Positions 21,230 through 31,700 of a DNA stretch of 64,000 bases are shown piece after piece. The notes below the pieces were generated by a model. It searched no databases. It was given only the letters and a program-made list of their open reading frames with translations, and was not told the DNA's origin. Every line of letters starts with the position of its first letter. Position 1 is the first letter of the stretch. Source of the stretch: a virus; IMG/VR virus record IMGVR_UViG_3300031951_000037, positions 62,520-126,519 of that record; one strand, written 5' to 3'. The translations under genes and the position numbers were made by a program.

Positions 21230-22019
21230 GAAAAAAATTGTAGTATGCGGAGATAGCTTTAACGTCGGCATCGGCCTTGTTGATATGGAAAAGCAGCGAT
21301 ATGGCCAGCTCGTCGCAGATGAATTGGGGCATGAATTAGTAATGCTGGCTAGAGGTAGTGCCTCAAACTATGCAGTGTTTCTTCAAGGCATGTATGCTAG
21401 TGAAATGACGCCCAAACCAAACTGTGTCATTATATGCGTAACAAGTTATGATAGAATTGAGTGGCTAGAAGATGAATTTGAAGATCATGTAACTCTTGAT
21501 CTTTCTCATTTGAACTATCACTTATACCCGCCTCATCATCATCCTCAACCACATCATGATGGTCCATTGGATTTTTATTTTAAGGATAAGGTTGGGTATA
21601 ATCCAAAACTATTGACTGAACAAGTTGGTGCAATTCCAGATTATCTAAGTTTATTAGATAAGAAGAATCCGGCTGGCTATTATCAGAGATTGCATTCACA
21701 ATCTCCTGAAAAATTAAAAATGTTGATGGAACATTATTTGACTGTTTGGTCTAACAATTCTATCAAACCTGATTACGATAGGGGACTGATACTGAGTGCC
21801 TACACTAAGATTACAAACAGTGGTATAAACTGTTTGGTTCTTTCAAGTGATCGCAAGTTTGATACCTTAATACCTAAGAAGGATTTGATTTACCACAATT
21901 GGGGACAATTGACAATGTTATATCCCGACACTATAGGTAGTCATCACGCAGATTATCCAGCACATGAAATTACTGCAAAAATGATAATTGAAAGAATGCT
22001 AGAAAATGGATACAACTGA
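21222..22019 (+). CDS. SGNH/GDSL-hydrolase-like protein (2 of 3)
   Basis: CGDSFNVG; ARGSASN; SHHADYPAH. Confidence 0.6.
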   Translation: MDKKKIVVCGDSFNVGIGLVDMEKQRYGQLVADELGHELVMLARGSASNYAVFLQGMYASEMTPKPNCVIICVTSYDRIEWLEDEFEDHVTLDLSHLNYHLYPPHHHPQPHHDGPLDFYFKDKVGYNPKLLTEQVGAIPDYLSLLDKKNPAGYYQRLHSQSPEKLKMLMEHYLTVWSNNSIKPDYDRGLILSAYTKITNSGINCLVLSSDRKFDTLIPKKDLIYHNWGQLTMLYPDTIGSHHADYPAHEITAKMIIERMLENGYN

Positions 22020-22911
22020 TGAGTTGATCTTGATAGCGAACGGCGATAGCTGGACCTATGGATGTGAAATAGTGGATCCTATCCTGCTGGAAAAATATCC
22101 AAAGATCACTCATTTGACTGAGATAGACTATCTTCCTGAAAATGATAGTTATAGACTCTCTAGAGTATGGTCAACTAAGCTAGCAGAGTTATTAAAATGC
22201 AAGGTGATGAACATATCTGAGCCGGGCGATGACAACACTAGCATACTGTCTAGGACGCAAGAGTATGTCCTGCATTTACTGAGTCAGGGCGTAAAGCCCG
22301 AACAACTGTTTATCGTTATCGGTTGGACAAGTCCAGAACGCAGAGACTTTTGGTACAAGAGTGATGACAACACTCAAAGCTATAAGTTTAAGCTTAACCC
22401 CCACACGCCAAAATATAATGAGCGTCCATTAACGGAGCTTACTAGGACATATGCATTGAACTTTTGGAATCCAGAAGAATATATTGTTAGGTATGTCACT
22501 ACCGTGTTGAACTTCCAAAACTTTTGTGTAGCGCATGGAATTAAGTTTTTAAGCTTTAATGCTTTCTATAGACAAAAAAACGCGGACATTGGTACATGGC
22601 AAGATATCAATATTGAAGAACAACTTAACTCGTTGTCATTGGGAAACATCCCTATTTCAGATAATAGTACTCGTGAAGTCCATCGTATAAATTACAATAC
22701 AGTGTGGCAAAATATAGATAGTACCAGATACTATAATAAAGACAACGTGAATAATTCATTTAAGACATTTGTGGATAATACGCTTGGGCCACAAGGATAT
22801 ACTGGATGGCACCCAAATGAAGATGGCCATAATTTATGGGCCACTCAACTATTTCGGTATATACAAGAACATAAGCTACTAAATATTGGATATGACTATG
22901 AACGAACCTAA
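22006..22911 (+). CDS. SGNH/GDSL-hydrolase-like protein (3 of 3)
   Basis: NGDSWTYG; PGDDN; GWHPNEDGH. Confidence 0.65.
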   Translation: MDTTDELILIANGDSWTYGCEIVDPILLEKYPKITHLTEIDYLPENDSYRLSRVWSTKLAELLKCKVMNISEPGDDNTSILSRTQEYVLHLLSQGVKPEQLFIVIGWTSPERRDFWYKSDDNTQSYKFKLNPHTPKYNERPLTELTRTYALNFWNPEEYIVRYVTTVLNFQNFCVAHGIKFLSFNAFYRQKNADIGTWQDINIEEQLNSLSLGNIPISDNSTREVHRINYNTVWQNIDSTRYYNKDNVNNSFKTFVDNTLGPQGYTGWHPNEDGHNLWATQLFRYIQEHKLLNIGYDYERT

Positions 22912-23341
22912 AATTGTAACTAAGCACTGGGGCCAAGAAACATGGATAGCTGACGGTGTTAGAACTCCATATGCATTAAAGCGTATTCTTTTTAAAGCTG
23001 GTAACAGAACGAGCTTGCAGGTGCACCAACAAAAGTTTGAAACTAACTATGTACTCTCAGGCACAGGCTTGTTGTATATCAGCAAAGACAAGTTTGACGT
23101 AGAACACTTCTTGAATAATTCAATGACACCAGCAGAAGTGGAAGAATACGAATCAACATTTGATATTGTACAACTTGAACCAGGCGTCACCTTTGATGTT
23201 CAACCTGGGTATGTCCATCGTGTAGTTGCCACTACAGACCTTGAATTCATTGAAGCAAGTACTCCAGAGCTTGATGACGTTATAAGACTTCAGGACGATC
23301 AGAACAGAACGCATGGCAGAATACAGTATGAGCACCAGTAA
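22898..23341 (+). CDS. Cupin (mannose-6-phosphate isomerase C-terminal-like)
   Basis: KHWGQE; SLQVHQQKFETNYVLSG; PGYVHR; EASTPELDDVIRLQD. Confidence 0.8.
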   Translation: MNEPKIVTKHWGQETWIADGVRTPYALKRILFKAGNRTSLQVHQQKFETNYVLSGTGLLYISKDKFDVEHFLNNSMTPAEVEEYESTFDIVQLEPGVTFDVQPGYVHRVVATTDLEFIEASTPELDDVIRLQDDQNRTHGRIQYEHQ

Positions 23342-24887
23342 TACAGTAGTTATACCTACTGCTGGATTAGGCTCTAGAATGGGCAATCTTACTAAGAACC
23401 TAAACAAAGCCCTATTGCCCTACAAGAACAAGCCGGTATTGTCACATATCATAGATCAGTTTCCTGATAATACAGACTTTATTATTCCTGTTGGACACTT
23501 GAGTCAACAGGTTAAAGACTATTGTAATATTGCACATGATGACAGAAATATAACGTTTGTTGAGATTGACGACTATACTTCTAGTATTAGTGGCACTGCC
23601 TATACTTTAAAAAGATGCTTGCATTTATTAAATAAACCGTTTTGGTATATACCCTGCGACACATATTTTAATATTGATCTAGTATCGTTGATCAATGACA
23701 CCAGTAAAAACTATTATTTCACTAAGCAGGTAGATGAAGAATTAACCAATCTTTATACGATGTTCAAGACCGACGACATGGTTATCACTGACATGTTGTT
23801 TAAAGAACAATGCTCAACTGATTACGCAGCCTTTACCGGCGTCATGTATCTTGGTGATTATACAAGCTTTAATTCACGGCTACGTGAGCTAGCAAGCAAT
23901 GAAGTTATTTTTGCAATAGCCAGTGGTGAATCTACGATTGATCTAGCTAGCTGGATTGACTTCGGTAACATTGAAAGCTATACCGACGCAGTAAATGCTA
24001 GTCAAAAGTTTGACTTTAGTAAAGAAGATGAAATCACTTATGTCACTGAATCTAAGGTTGTCAAGTGGTGGGTAGATAAGTCTGTTACTGAAAACAAGTA
24101 TAAGCGTACAGTAAATCATACTGAGATATATCCAAACAACTGTAAAATAGTTGGCAACTTTTTAGCATACGACTTATATCCTGGGAAAACATTGTACCAG
24201 CACAACAACGTTGAACACTTTAGTAGTTTACTAACATGGCTGGATACTAATGTTTGGCAGTATACGAACACAGATATAAAAGATAACTGCATTGATTTCT
24301 ACAAGAATAAGACTATCCATAGAATTGACAAGTATCTTAGTAAGTATGTTGAACAAGAAAATGTCACAAGCGTAAATGGTATTGATGTAAAAGATTATAC
24401 ATACTATCTAAACAACATAGACTATTCTTATTTGTCAGAGACAGTTCAAGCTTCGTATGTTCACGGCGACTTACAGTTTGATAATATTATTTTAGGTGAA
24501 GACTATAGATTAATTGACTGGCGTCCTGACTTTGCGGGTAACACAGTAACCGGTGACATTTACTATGATTTGGCTAAGTTAGCTGGTGGATTCATTATTA
24601 ACTATAGTAAGATCAAAGAGAACAACTTCAAGATTGACATTGTTGATAATAATGTTACATTGGAAATACCTTATATAGATAACCATGAACAGTATTTTGA
24701 CATATTGAAAAAGTTCGTAGACGAGAAAGAACTAGAGTGGAAGAAGGTAGAACTATTGATTCCTGTAATCTTTTGGAACATGTCTCCACTACACACTAGT
24801 CCCTTTGATAAGTTTCTTTGGTACCTAGGTATTAAATTGTTCCAGGAGTATGAATCTAAATACTCTAATCATGAAGCAGTTCTATAG
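23328..24887 (+). CDS. Sugar nucleotidyltransferase fused to a phosphotransferase (choline/aminoglycoside-kinase-like) domain
   Basis: N-terminal PTAGLGSRMG...NKALLP; C-terminal HGDLQFDNII...IDW. Confidence 0.8.
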   Translation: MSTSNTVVIPTAGLGSRMGNLTKNLNKALLPYKNKPVLSHIIDQFPDNTDFIIPVGHLSQQVKDYCNIAHDDRNITFVEIDDYTSSISGTAYTLKRCLHLLNKPFWYIPCDTYFNIDLVSLINDTSKNYYFTKQVDEELTNLYTMFKTDDMVITDMLFKEQCSTDYAAFTGVMYLGDYTSFNSRLRELASNEVIFAIASGESTIDLASWIDFGNIESYTDAVNASQKFDFSKEDEITYVTESKVVKWWVDKSVTENKYKRTVNHTEIYPNNCKIVGNFLAYDLYPGKTLYQHNNVEHFSSLLTWLDTNVWQYTNTDIKDNCIDFYKNKTIHRIDKYLSKYVEQENVTSVNGIDVKDYTYYLNNIDYSYLSETVQASYVHGDLQFDNIILGEDYRLIDWRPDFAGNTVTGDIYYDLAKLAGGFIINYSKIKENNFKIDIVDNNVTLEIPYIDNHEQYFDILKKFVDEKELEWKKVELLIPVIFWNMSPLHTSPFDKFLWYLGIKLFQEYESKYSNHEAVL

Positions 24888-25599
24888 CTTAAGTCAGTAT
24901 CCTGGTAAAACTGGAACATACTACTACAATCTGTTCTTTAATAAGTTTGGTATTGACGCAACTTATACAGCATTGGGTTGCCAGCCACATGAATTCAATG
25001 ACACGTTTAACCGCCTAGTCAACGATACTGATACGTGTGGCATCAGTGTGAGTATGCCATATAAAAACACAGTAACCCATCTGTGTAACGAATTAGACAA
25101 ACAAGCTCACCTATATAATAGTTGCAATACAGTTACGGTAAACAATGGACATACCGTAGGATATAACTGCGACATATATGGATTGTTGGGTATCATTTCT
25201 GAGATATCAGTTGACGATAAGATATCAATATTAGGCGATGGGTCTATGGGACAAATGTTCTATCGTTACCTAAACGACAATAAATATTTTGATGTTACCG
25301 TGTATAGCAGAAAAAACAACAATTGGCATGACAGGCATGAACCAGCGAACGTCATAATAAATTGCACTAGCTTGGGCACGAGCGAACTTGTTTCTCCATT
25401 AATGTTGATTCCTGCAGGAACCTCGTGTATAATTGACTTAGCGTTAAACAAGTCCGTTTTATACGAGCAATGCTTAGCAAGCCATGTGAAGTACATAACT
25501 GGTACGAACTTTTACGCACATCAATTTGTAAAGCAGTTTGAAATATACACTGGTATAAAAATTACAGTTGAACAGTTTAACGAAGTGGCAATTAAATGA
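24871..25599 (+). CDS. Shikimate-dehydrogenase-like oxidoreductase (SdhL/AroE family)
   Basis: GISVSMPYK, SCNTV, GYNCD, ILGDGSMG, IINCTSLG. Confidence 0.75.
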   Translation: MKQFYSLSQYPGKTGTYYYNLFFNKFGIDATYTALGCQPHEFNDTFNRLVNDTDTCGISVSMPYKNTVTHLCNELDKQAHLYNSCNTVTVNNGHTVGYNCDIYGLLGIISEISVDDKISILGDGSMGQMFYRYLNDNKYFDVTVYSRKNNNWHDRHEPANVIINCTSLGTSELVSPLMLIPAGTSCIIDLALNKSVLYEQCLASHVKYITGTNFYAHQFVKQFEIYTGIKITVEQFNEVAIK

Positions 25600-26081
25600 T
25601 TATAAACAAACTTGTTATTGATATTGATGGTGTGTTGACAACCGGGCATGTACTATACAATATAGAAGGCAAAACCTTCAAGATTTTTGGGCCACACGAT
25701 AAGGATGGTCTTAAACTAGTAACTAAGTATATCAGTGATATTACTTTTATCACTGCGGACAAGACTGGCTTTGATATCACTTACGCAAGAATCGTCAAAG
25801 ATTGGAAGTTTCGTGATGATCAGTTAGTTTTGGTTCCGGAAGAATCTAGATTTGACTGGTTTGTAAGTAATTGTGATTTCAACACAACTGCATATATTGC
25901 TGATGGTTACCACGATGCTCCCATATTAGAGCGGGTAGCACTCGGTATTGCCCCCAAAACTGCTAGAATTGAAGCAAGAAATAGTGCTAATTATGTCACA
26001 CCTAGTGATGCTGCAAATGGTGCTGTACTTGACGCATGTTTATATATTGAAAGAGTGATTAATGGACTTGAAACAGTTTAA
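25596..26081 (+). CDS. KdsC/YrbI-type HAD phosphatase
   Basis: IDIDGVLTTG, FGPHDKDG, ITAD, YIADGYHD. Confidence 0.85.
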   Translation: MIINKLVIDIDGVLTTGHVLYNIEGKTFKIFGPHDKDGLKLVTKYISDITFITADKTGFDITYARIVKDWKFRDDQLVLVPEESRFDWFVSNCDFNTTAYIADGYHDAPILERVALGIAPKTARIEARNSANYVTPSDAANGAVLDACLYIERVINGLETV

Positions 26082-27066
26082 ATTAGGTGTGGGTCCAATG
26101 AGCAAAGAGATAGTTGAGCTATGCCTCAACTATAGCCACTCGCACGATCATCCACTAATGATTATCGCTAGTCGCAATCAAGCAGATTACGATAGTGGGT
26201 ACGCAATGAATACCAAAGAACTATCGGAGCTAGTGTTCAATCATGAACATTATAATCCTAATAGGGTATTATTGTGTAGAGACCATTGCGGTCCTTATTT
26301 CAGCGATATGGATAATGGTCTAGAACTAGAAGCAGCGTTAGTGCGATGCTTGAATACAATCAAGGCCGACATTGATGCAAACTTTGACCTCATTCACGTT
26401 GACGTAAGCAGAGTAGAACCGAACAAGCAGCAATATGTTGCCGAGAAGTTGTTTTCCTATGCAATGGAACTGAATCCAAATATTATGTTTGAGTTTGGCA
26501 CCGAAGACAATACGGGCAACACCACTGAAACATTGAATATGTTGAACATTCAACTAGAATATGTCAAGCCTTGGCAGAACAATCTTCGCTATGTAGTGTC
26601 TCAGACAGGAAGCTTGACTAAGCAAACTCAAGTTGGTACGTTCAACATTGAACAGACCAAGAAGCTTATCAACGTCATTCATCAAAATGGCTATATGTTC
26701 AAGGAACATAATGCAGACTATCTTGATGTTGAGCAGGTAAAGTTGCGTAAAGATACAGGAGTGGATGCATTAAATATCGCCCCGCAACTTGGCACTATTG
26801 CTAGCAGTGTGCTATATGATTTGGGTTCGGGCACAGTTGAATTATCAGAGTTCATGAATGTTGTACTTGATTCGGGCTATTATAAAAAGTGGTGCACCGT
26901 TGAAGTAGACAATGACAAAGACCGCTTTATCAGTTCTGCACACTATTTGTTTGAGCATCCATACTGCTATGATCTAAAGCAAGTAATAGATATGGAAGAA
27001 TACGCTACAGTGTTAGAGGCTAGATTGTTTGACGCACTAGACCAATATAGATTTGGGTACAACTAA
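26062..27066 (+). CDS. GatZ/KbaZ-like tagatose-bisphosphate aldolase-family protein
   Basis: IIASRNQ, LCRDHCGP, DLIHVD, FEFGTE, KEHNADY, NIAPQLG. Confidence 0.7.
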   Translation: MDLKQFKLGVGPMSKEIVELCLNYSHSHDHPLMIIASRNQADYDSGYAMNTKELSELVFNHEHYNPNRVLLCRDHCGPYFSDMDNGLELEAALVRCLNTIKADIDANFDLIHVDVSRVEPNKQQYVAEKLFSYAMELNPNIMFEFGTEDNTGNTTETLNMLNIQLEYVKPWQNNLRYVVSQTGSLTKQTQVGTFNIEQTKKLINVIHQNGYMFKEHNADYLDVEQVKLRKDTGVDALNIAPQLGTIASSVLYDLGSGTVELSEFMNVVLDSGYYKKWCTVEVDNDKDRFISSAHYLFEHPYCYDLKQVIDMEEYATVLEARLFDALDQYRFGYN

Positions 27067-27089
27067 TAAAAATGGTAGCATAATACCCA

Positions 27090-27096
27090 ATAAATA
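27090..27096 (+). promoter_or_regulatory. Late promoter motif ATAAATA
   Basis: Intergenic, upstream of the small ORF and carbamoyltransferase. Confidence 0.55.
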
Positions 27097-27118
27097 CTGA
27101 CTACTATTGGAAACAACT

Positions 27119-27223
27119 ATGATTAAAATTATCAAGAACCTTATCAACAAAGTTAGGCGCGAGATTCTATATAGAAAAAGAATCAAAGAGCTTAAAAAAA
27201 GAGATCCACATATTTACAGATGA
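27119..27223 (+). CDS. 34-aa basic peptide coupled to the carbamoyltransferase
   Basis: MIKIIKNLINKVRREILYRKRIKELKKRDPHIYR*; ATGA overlap with 27220. Confidence 0.55.
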   Translation: MIKIIKNLINKVRREILYRKRIKELKKRDPHIYR

Positions 27224-28710
27224 ACTACGTAGGCATTAGTTGCGGCTTCCATGATGCCGGTTTAAGTGTCATTGATAACAATGGCAATATTCTTTTTGCT
27301 GGGCACAGCGAACGATATAGCAAGAAAAAGCATGATAGTGACTTGTGCTTGGGCATTGTTGATGATGCGTTAAATTATATCAACAATGATTTTCAAGTGC
27401 ATTACTATGAACGCCCTTATGTTAAGGCAATCCGTCAACTATATGCAGGGCAAAAGTTAGGACCATTTGGCTGGGACAAGTTAATCGGTTCTTCATTGTA
27501 TGCGTTAAACACGGGCGAACACTCTCATAAAGGTAGAGTAAAGACGCACAATCACCATCTATGTCACGCCGCAGCAGGATTCCAAACAAGTCCATATGAA
27601 GATGCTACAGTAGTTGTTATTGATGCTATCGGTGAACTAGATACTATTAGTATTTGGGATGCAACTTACGATAAGAACGGTGTAGCAAAGTACAAGAAGA
27701 TTTGGGGACGCAAGTATCCTGACTCAATTGGTCTTTTCTATTCTGCAATGACAGCACGAGTAGGCTTGCGCCCACTAGACGAAGAATATATTCTGATGGG
27801 TATGGCTGCATATGGTAAGCCAGTATATGATATCTCAATGCAACGATTATTCAGTAACTTTAATGAGATTGTTTTGAAAGATAACCTACACATCGGAGTT
27901 GATGAAAAGTTTCTAAAGGATGCAGACGAAATGGATATTGCTGCATCTGCACAGGCTGTTGTTGAACAGCTAATAGAAACAGTAATGAAGAAGGCTAAGA
28001 AGCTAGGTAGTAGCGACAATCTCGTATATGGCGGCGGCGTTGCTCTCAATTGTCTTGCCAACAGACTACTGGGTAAGTATTACGAAAACATTTGGATCAT
28101 GCCTAACCCAGGTGATGCAGGTAATAGCTTAGGCGCAGCAGCGTTGGGCTATGGCAAGAAGATCAACTGGACAGATGCTTTCTTAGGATTTGACATTGAA
28201 GGTGATTATCCGGTTGACAGCATCATCAAAGAATTATATAGTAACAAGATGGTAGGTGTCGCTAGTGGCAGGGCGGAGTTTGGCCCTCGTGCATTAGGTA
28301 ATCGAAGCCTGCTAGCAGACCCTCGCGGCCCTGAAATTAAGGACAAAGTTAATGACATTAAACGAAGACAGAAGTTCCGCCCGTTTGCGCCAGTCATTTT
28401 GGAGGAGCTGGTTACTGATTACTTTGATATGCCTAGTGGCTGGAGCGACAGTAGGTATATGCAAGTCATCGCTACTTGTAGGCATCCTGACTTATTTCCT
28501 GCTATCGTTCATCATGACGGGACTTCTCGTGTTCAGACTGTCCCGAATGACGGATCAGGAATTAGAAAACTACTAGAAGCCTGGTATAAAGAAACCGGCT
28601 GCCCAATGCTTTTGAATACGTCATTGAACATTCGTGGAGAACCCATGGTTAATGATCGTAATGATGCTGATAGATTTGAAAAACTCTATGGAGTAAAAGT
28701 CTGCTCATAA
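27220..28710 (+). CDS. NodU/CmcH-family O-carbamoyltransferase
   Basis: GFHDAG, HHLCHAA, GGVALNC, EFGPRALGNRS, FRPFAP, LLNTSLN. Confidence 0.92.
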   Translation: MNYVGISCGFHDAGLSVIDNNGNILFAGHSERYSKKKHDSDLCLGIVDDALNYINNDFQVHYYERPYVKAIRQLYAGQKLGPFGWDKLIGSSLYALNTGEHSHKGRVKTHNHHLCHAAAGFQTSPYEDATVVVIDAIGELDTISIWDATYDKNGVAKYKKIWGRKYPDSIGLFYSAMTARVGLRPLDEEYILMGMAAYGKPVYDISMQRLFSNFNEIVLKDNLHIGVDEKFLKDADEMDIAASAQAVVEQLIETVMKKAKKLGSSDNLVYGGGVALNCLANRLLGKYYENIWIMPNPGDAGNSLGAAALGYGKKINWTDAFLGFDIEGDYPVDSIIKELYSNKMVGVASGRAEFGPRALGNRSLLADPRGPEIKDKVNDIKRRQKFRPFAPVILEELVTDYFDMPSGWSDSRYMQVIATCRHPDLFPAIVHHDGTSRVQTVPNDGSGIRKLLEAWYKETGCPMLLNTSLNIRGEPMVNDRNDADRFEKLYGVKVCS

Positions 28711-28713
28711 GTA
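28707..28713 (+). promoter_or_regulatory. Late promoter variant ATAAGTA
   Basis: 6 nt upstream of ATG 28720; no SD. Confidence 0.45.
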
Positions 28714-28719
28714 AAGTAT

Positions 28720-31700
28720 ATGCTTAGAGACGTATTCTATTTTGGTAAAAAGCCCAACGTTCATCCTAGAGAACAGTTTGCAGAGAATCTACAAGATGCT
28801 AGACTAAAAGCCACTACTCGTGACTTTTGGATCATTAATGAGTTCTCTGACTATCGCAATTTTGATTGGGACTTTGATTTTGAATTTTTGCCTGACGAAG
28901 ACGTTTGGGCAGAAGATCACAATAACGTATGGCCTAGTCAGCATCAAAAGGACAGTGGCACATGGTTGTGTCCCAAGGAACATAGTGATGTTATTGTCTA
29001 TCGCAATGATGTAGATCCGGTCATTCGTAAAAACGAAAAGACCGACCAATGGGTCGAGCTTGATTTAATCAACTATAGTAAGTTTGACTTTAGTTGGCAT
29101 CCTGACCCAACTGATCCTCCCTATATCTATAAGTGGGGTTGTAAGTTCTTCCCAACAGAAATCAAGCATGTATTAGAGTATCGTGTTCCTGGCGCTACTC
29201 AAGAAAAGTATATGAACACGATTGCAGAGTTAGTACCTGAATATGATCGTTGGGTAGAACATCAGGCAATTGACAAAGATAGATTTGATATGTCATGGAG
29301 ACCAAATCCATTGGATCCACCATTCATCTATGTTTGGGGTAACAAGTATGTTGACGGAAGACTACAGCCCACACTTGAATATCATGCTCCGAACGCAACT
29401 GATATAAAATATCTATCAGAACTTGTCCCTGTTTTACCTGAACAAGATAGATGGACTATTCTTGAGGATATTGTAAAAGATTCATTTGACTTTAGCTGGC
29501 GTCCTGACCCAAGAGAACCAGCATTCATTTATGTATTTGGTAACGAACAATACGATGGCACAATCATGCCTACACTTGAATATCGTTGCCCTAATGCTAC
29601 AGAAATTAAGTATGTCAATGATATTACGGCTAAATTAGCTCCCAAGAAGGAATTGTTTGAGCATTTAGAAGACAGTTATGGTATTGATTATAGCTGGCGC
29701 CCTAATCCTACAAGTCCTCCCTATATCTATGCATGGGGTAATCAATGGAATAGTCCAGAAGAAAAGATATCTATTCAGTTTGTCGTTCCAGGAGCCACAG
29801 AATACAAATATATGACAGAGCGTGCTATTCGCAAGCCATGCATGGATAATTGGGTAGTCCCTGATGATGTTGACGCTACTGGATTTGATTTTAGTTGGGA
29901 GCCAAACCCCACGGCACCCCCGTACATTTATGAGTTCGCAACACAATGGCAGAAGACCGGCGGCCCTCAGTACGTAGTACCGGGAGCTACGGAGAAACAG
30001 TATGTGGATTTTCAAAGAGTTAAAAGACTTCCTACAAACAAAGGTTGGGCGATTCCTAACAATATTGATATTGATAGATTTGATTTTTCATGGCATCCAG
30101 ATAGTTCTAGTCCTCCTTATGTTTATGTATTTTCTACTCAGTGGGCATTCAGCGGCGGACCTGTATATACAGTTGATGGAGCAACTGAGGTCAAGTATGT
30201 AGAAGATCAGGTTGCTACTGCAATCGTAGATATGAATAATTGGGTATATGATGCTACTGAGATTGATGTAGACAGCTTTGATTTTAGCTGGCATCCACAT
30301 GCAGAAGATCAGCCATATATCTACCAGTTCGGTACTCAATGGCAGAAGACAGGTGGTCCTAAATATATTACTTCGGGCGCTGATAATTCAAGCCCGGTAA
30401 AATATGTAGATACTCGTATTATAAAAGCAATGCGCTTATCCAACCCACATGATTACTATTGGGTAGAAAATTATCCCATTAAAGACTTTGATTACTCATG
30501 GCACCCAGACGATACCGAAGAGCCATATATCTATGTATTTGGTAACAAGCAGTATCCTGCCGAAGAGTGTCCTACTATTGAATATAGAATGGAAGGCGCA
30601 ACTCAGGTAAAATACATTCATGATATCGTAGCTACGTTAGATGTAGATATGACTAACTGGGTAATTCATGAACCAATTGATGAAGACAGTTTTGACTTTA
30701 GTTGGGTACCTAATCCAACTGACCAGCCTTATATCTATGTTTTCGGTAACCAACGTTATTCGGGTGAGATTTATCCCACTGTAGAATATCGTACTCCTAA
30801 TGCGACAGAAAAGAAATATGTCAGTGATGTAACCGCTAAACTTAAAGTTGACAAGTCTAAGTTTACTTTATTATATCCAATAAACGAAGATAAGTTTGAT
30901 TTTAGATGGAGACCTAACCCAATGTCTCCTCCCTATATCTATATCTTCGGTAACCAATATTACTCAGCAGAAGAAATGCCCACTGTAGAATATCGGGTAG
31001 ATGGTGCTACCGAAATAAAATATGTGAAAAATATTACTGCACATTTGAAGTCCAACATGACAAATTGGGAAGTTCCTAGTAACATTGACGTTTCAAGTTT
31101 TGATTTTAGCTGGGTGCCTCATCCCAAAAGTCCTCCCTACATCTATGAGTTTGCAACGGTGTGGAATGACAGGGGCGGACCTAGGTATATCGTCAAAGGG
31201 GCAACAGAATACAAGTACATTGAAGAAATTAAAGCTAAAACATTACCTGATAAAACCAATTGGGACATTCCGAATAATATTGATATTTCAAGTTTTGATT
31301 TTAGCTGGGTTCCTCATCCCAATTCCCCTCCATACATATATGAGTTTGGGACACAATGGAATGACAGGGGAGGACCTGTTTACCGAATGCCTGGTGCAAC
31401 GGAATACAAATACATTGATACTGTAAAGGCAAATACTCTTCCAAGCCGAGTCAACTGGGAAATACCAGACGGGGTAGATGTTAGACGATTTGATTTTAGT
31501 TGGGCACCACATCCGATGGCCCCGCCCTACATCTATCAGTTTGGTACTAAGCTAGATAACAACGACGGTCCTAGATATGTCACGCCTAGCAACAACGGAG
31601 AGATTGTATATCTTGAGCGGGTAGAACTTTTAGGTTCATCTGATATTAGTGTGGGTCAATATTATATTGAAACCAGCTTGGAAGAGTTAATCAATAAGCA

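Noticed and set aside
24871-26081. Reading aroE and kdsC as shikimate or Kdo auxiliary metabolic genes
   Set aside because: No other genes of those pathways are present in the window; the coupled context points to a dedicated sugar-donor pathway.
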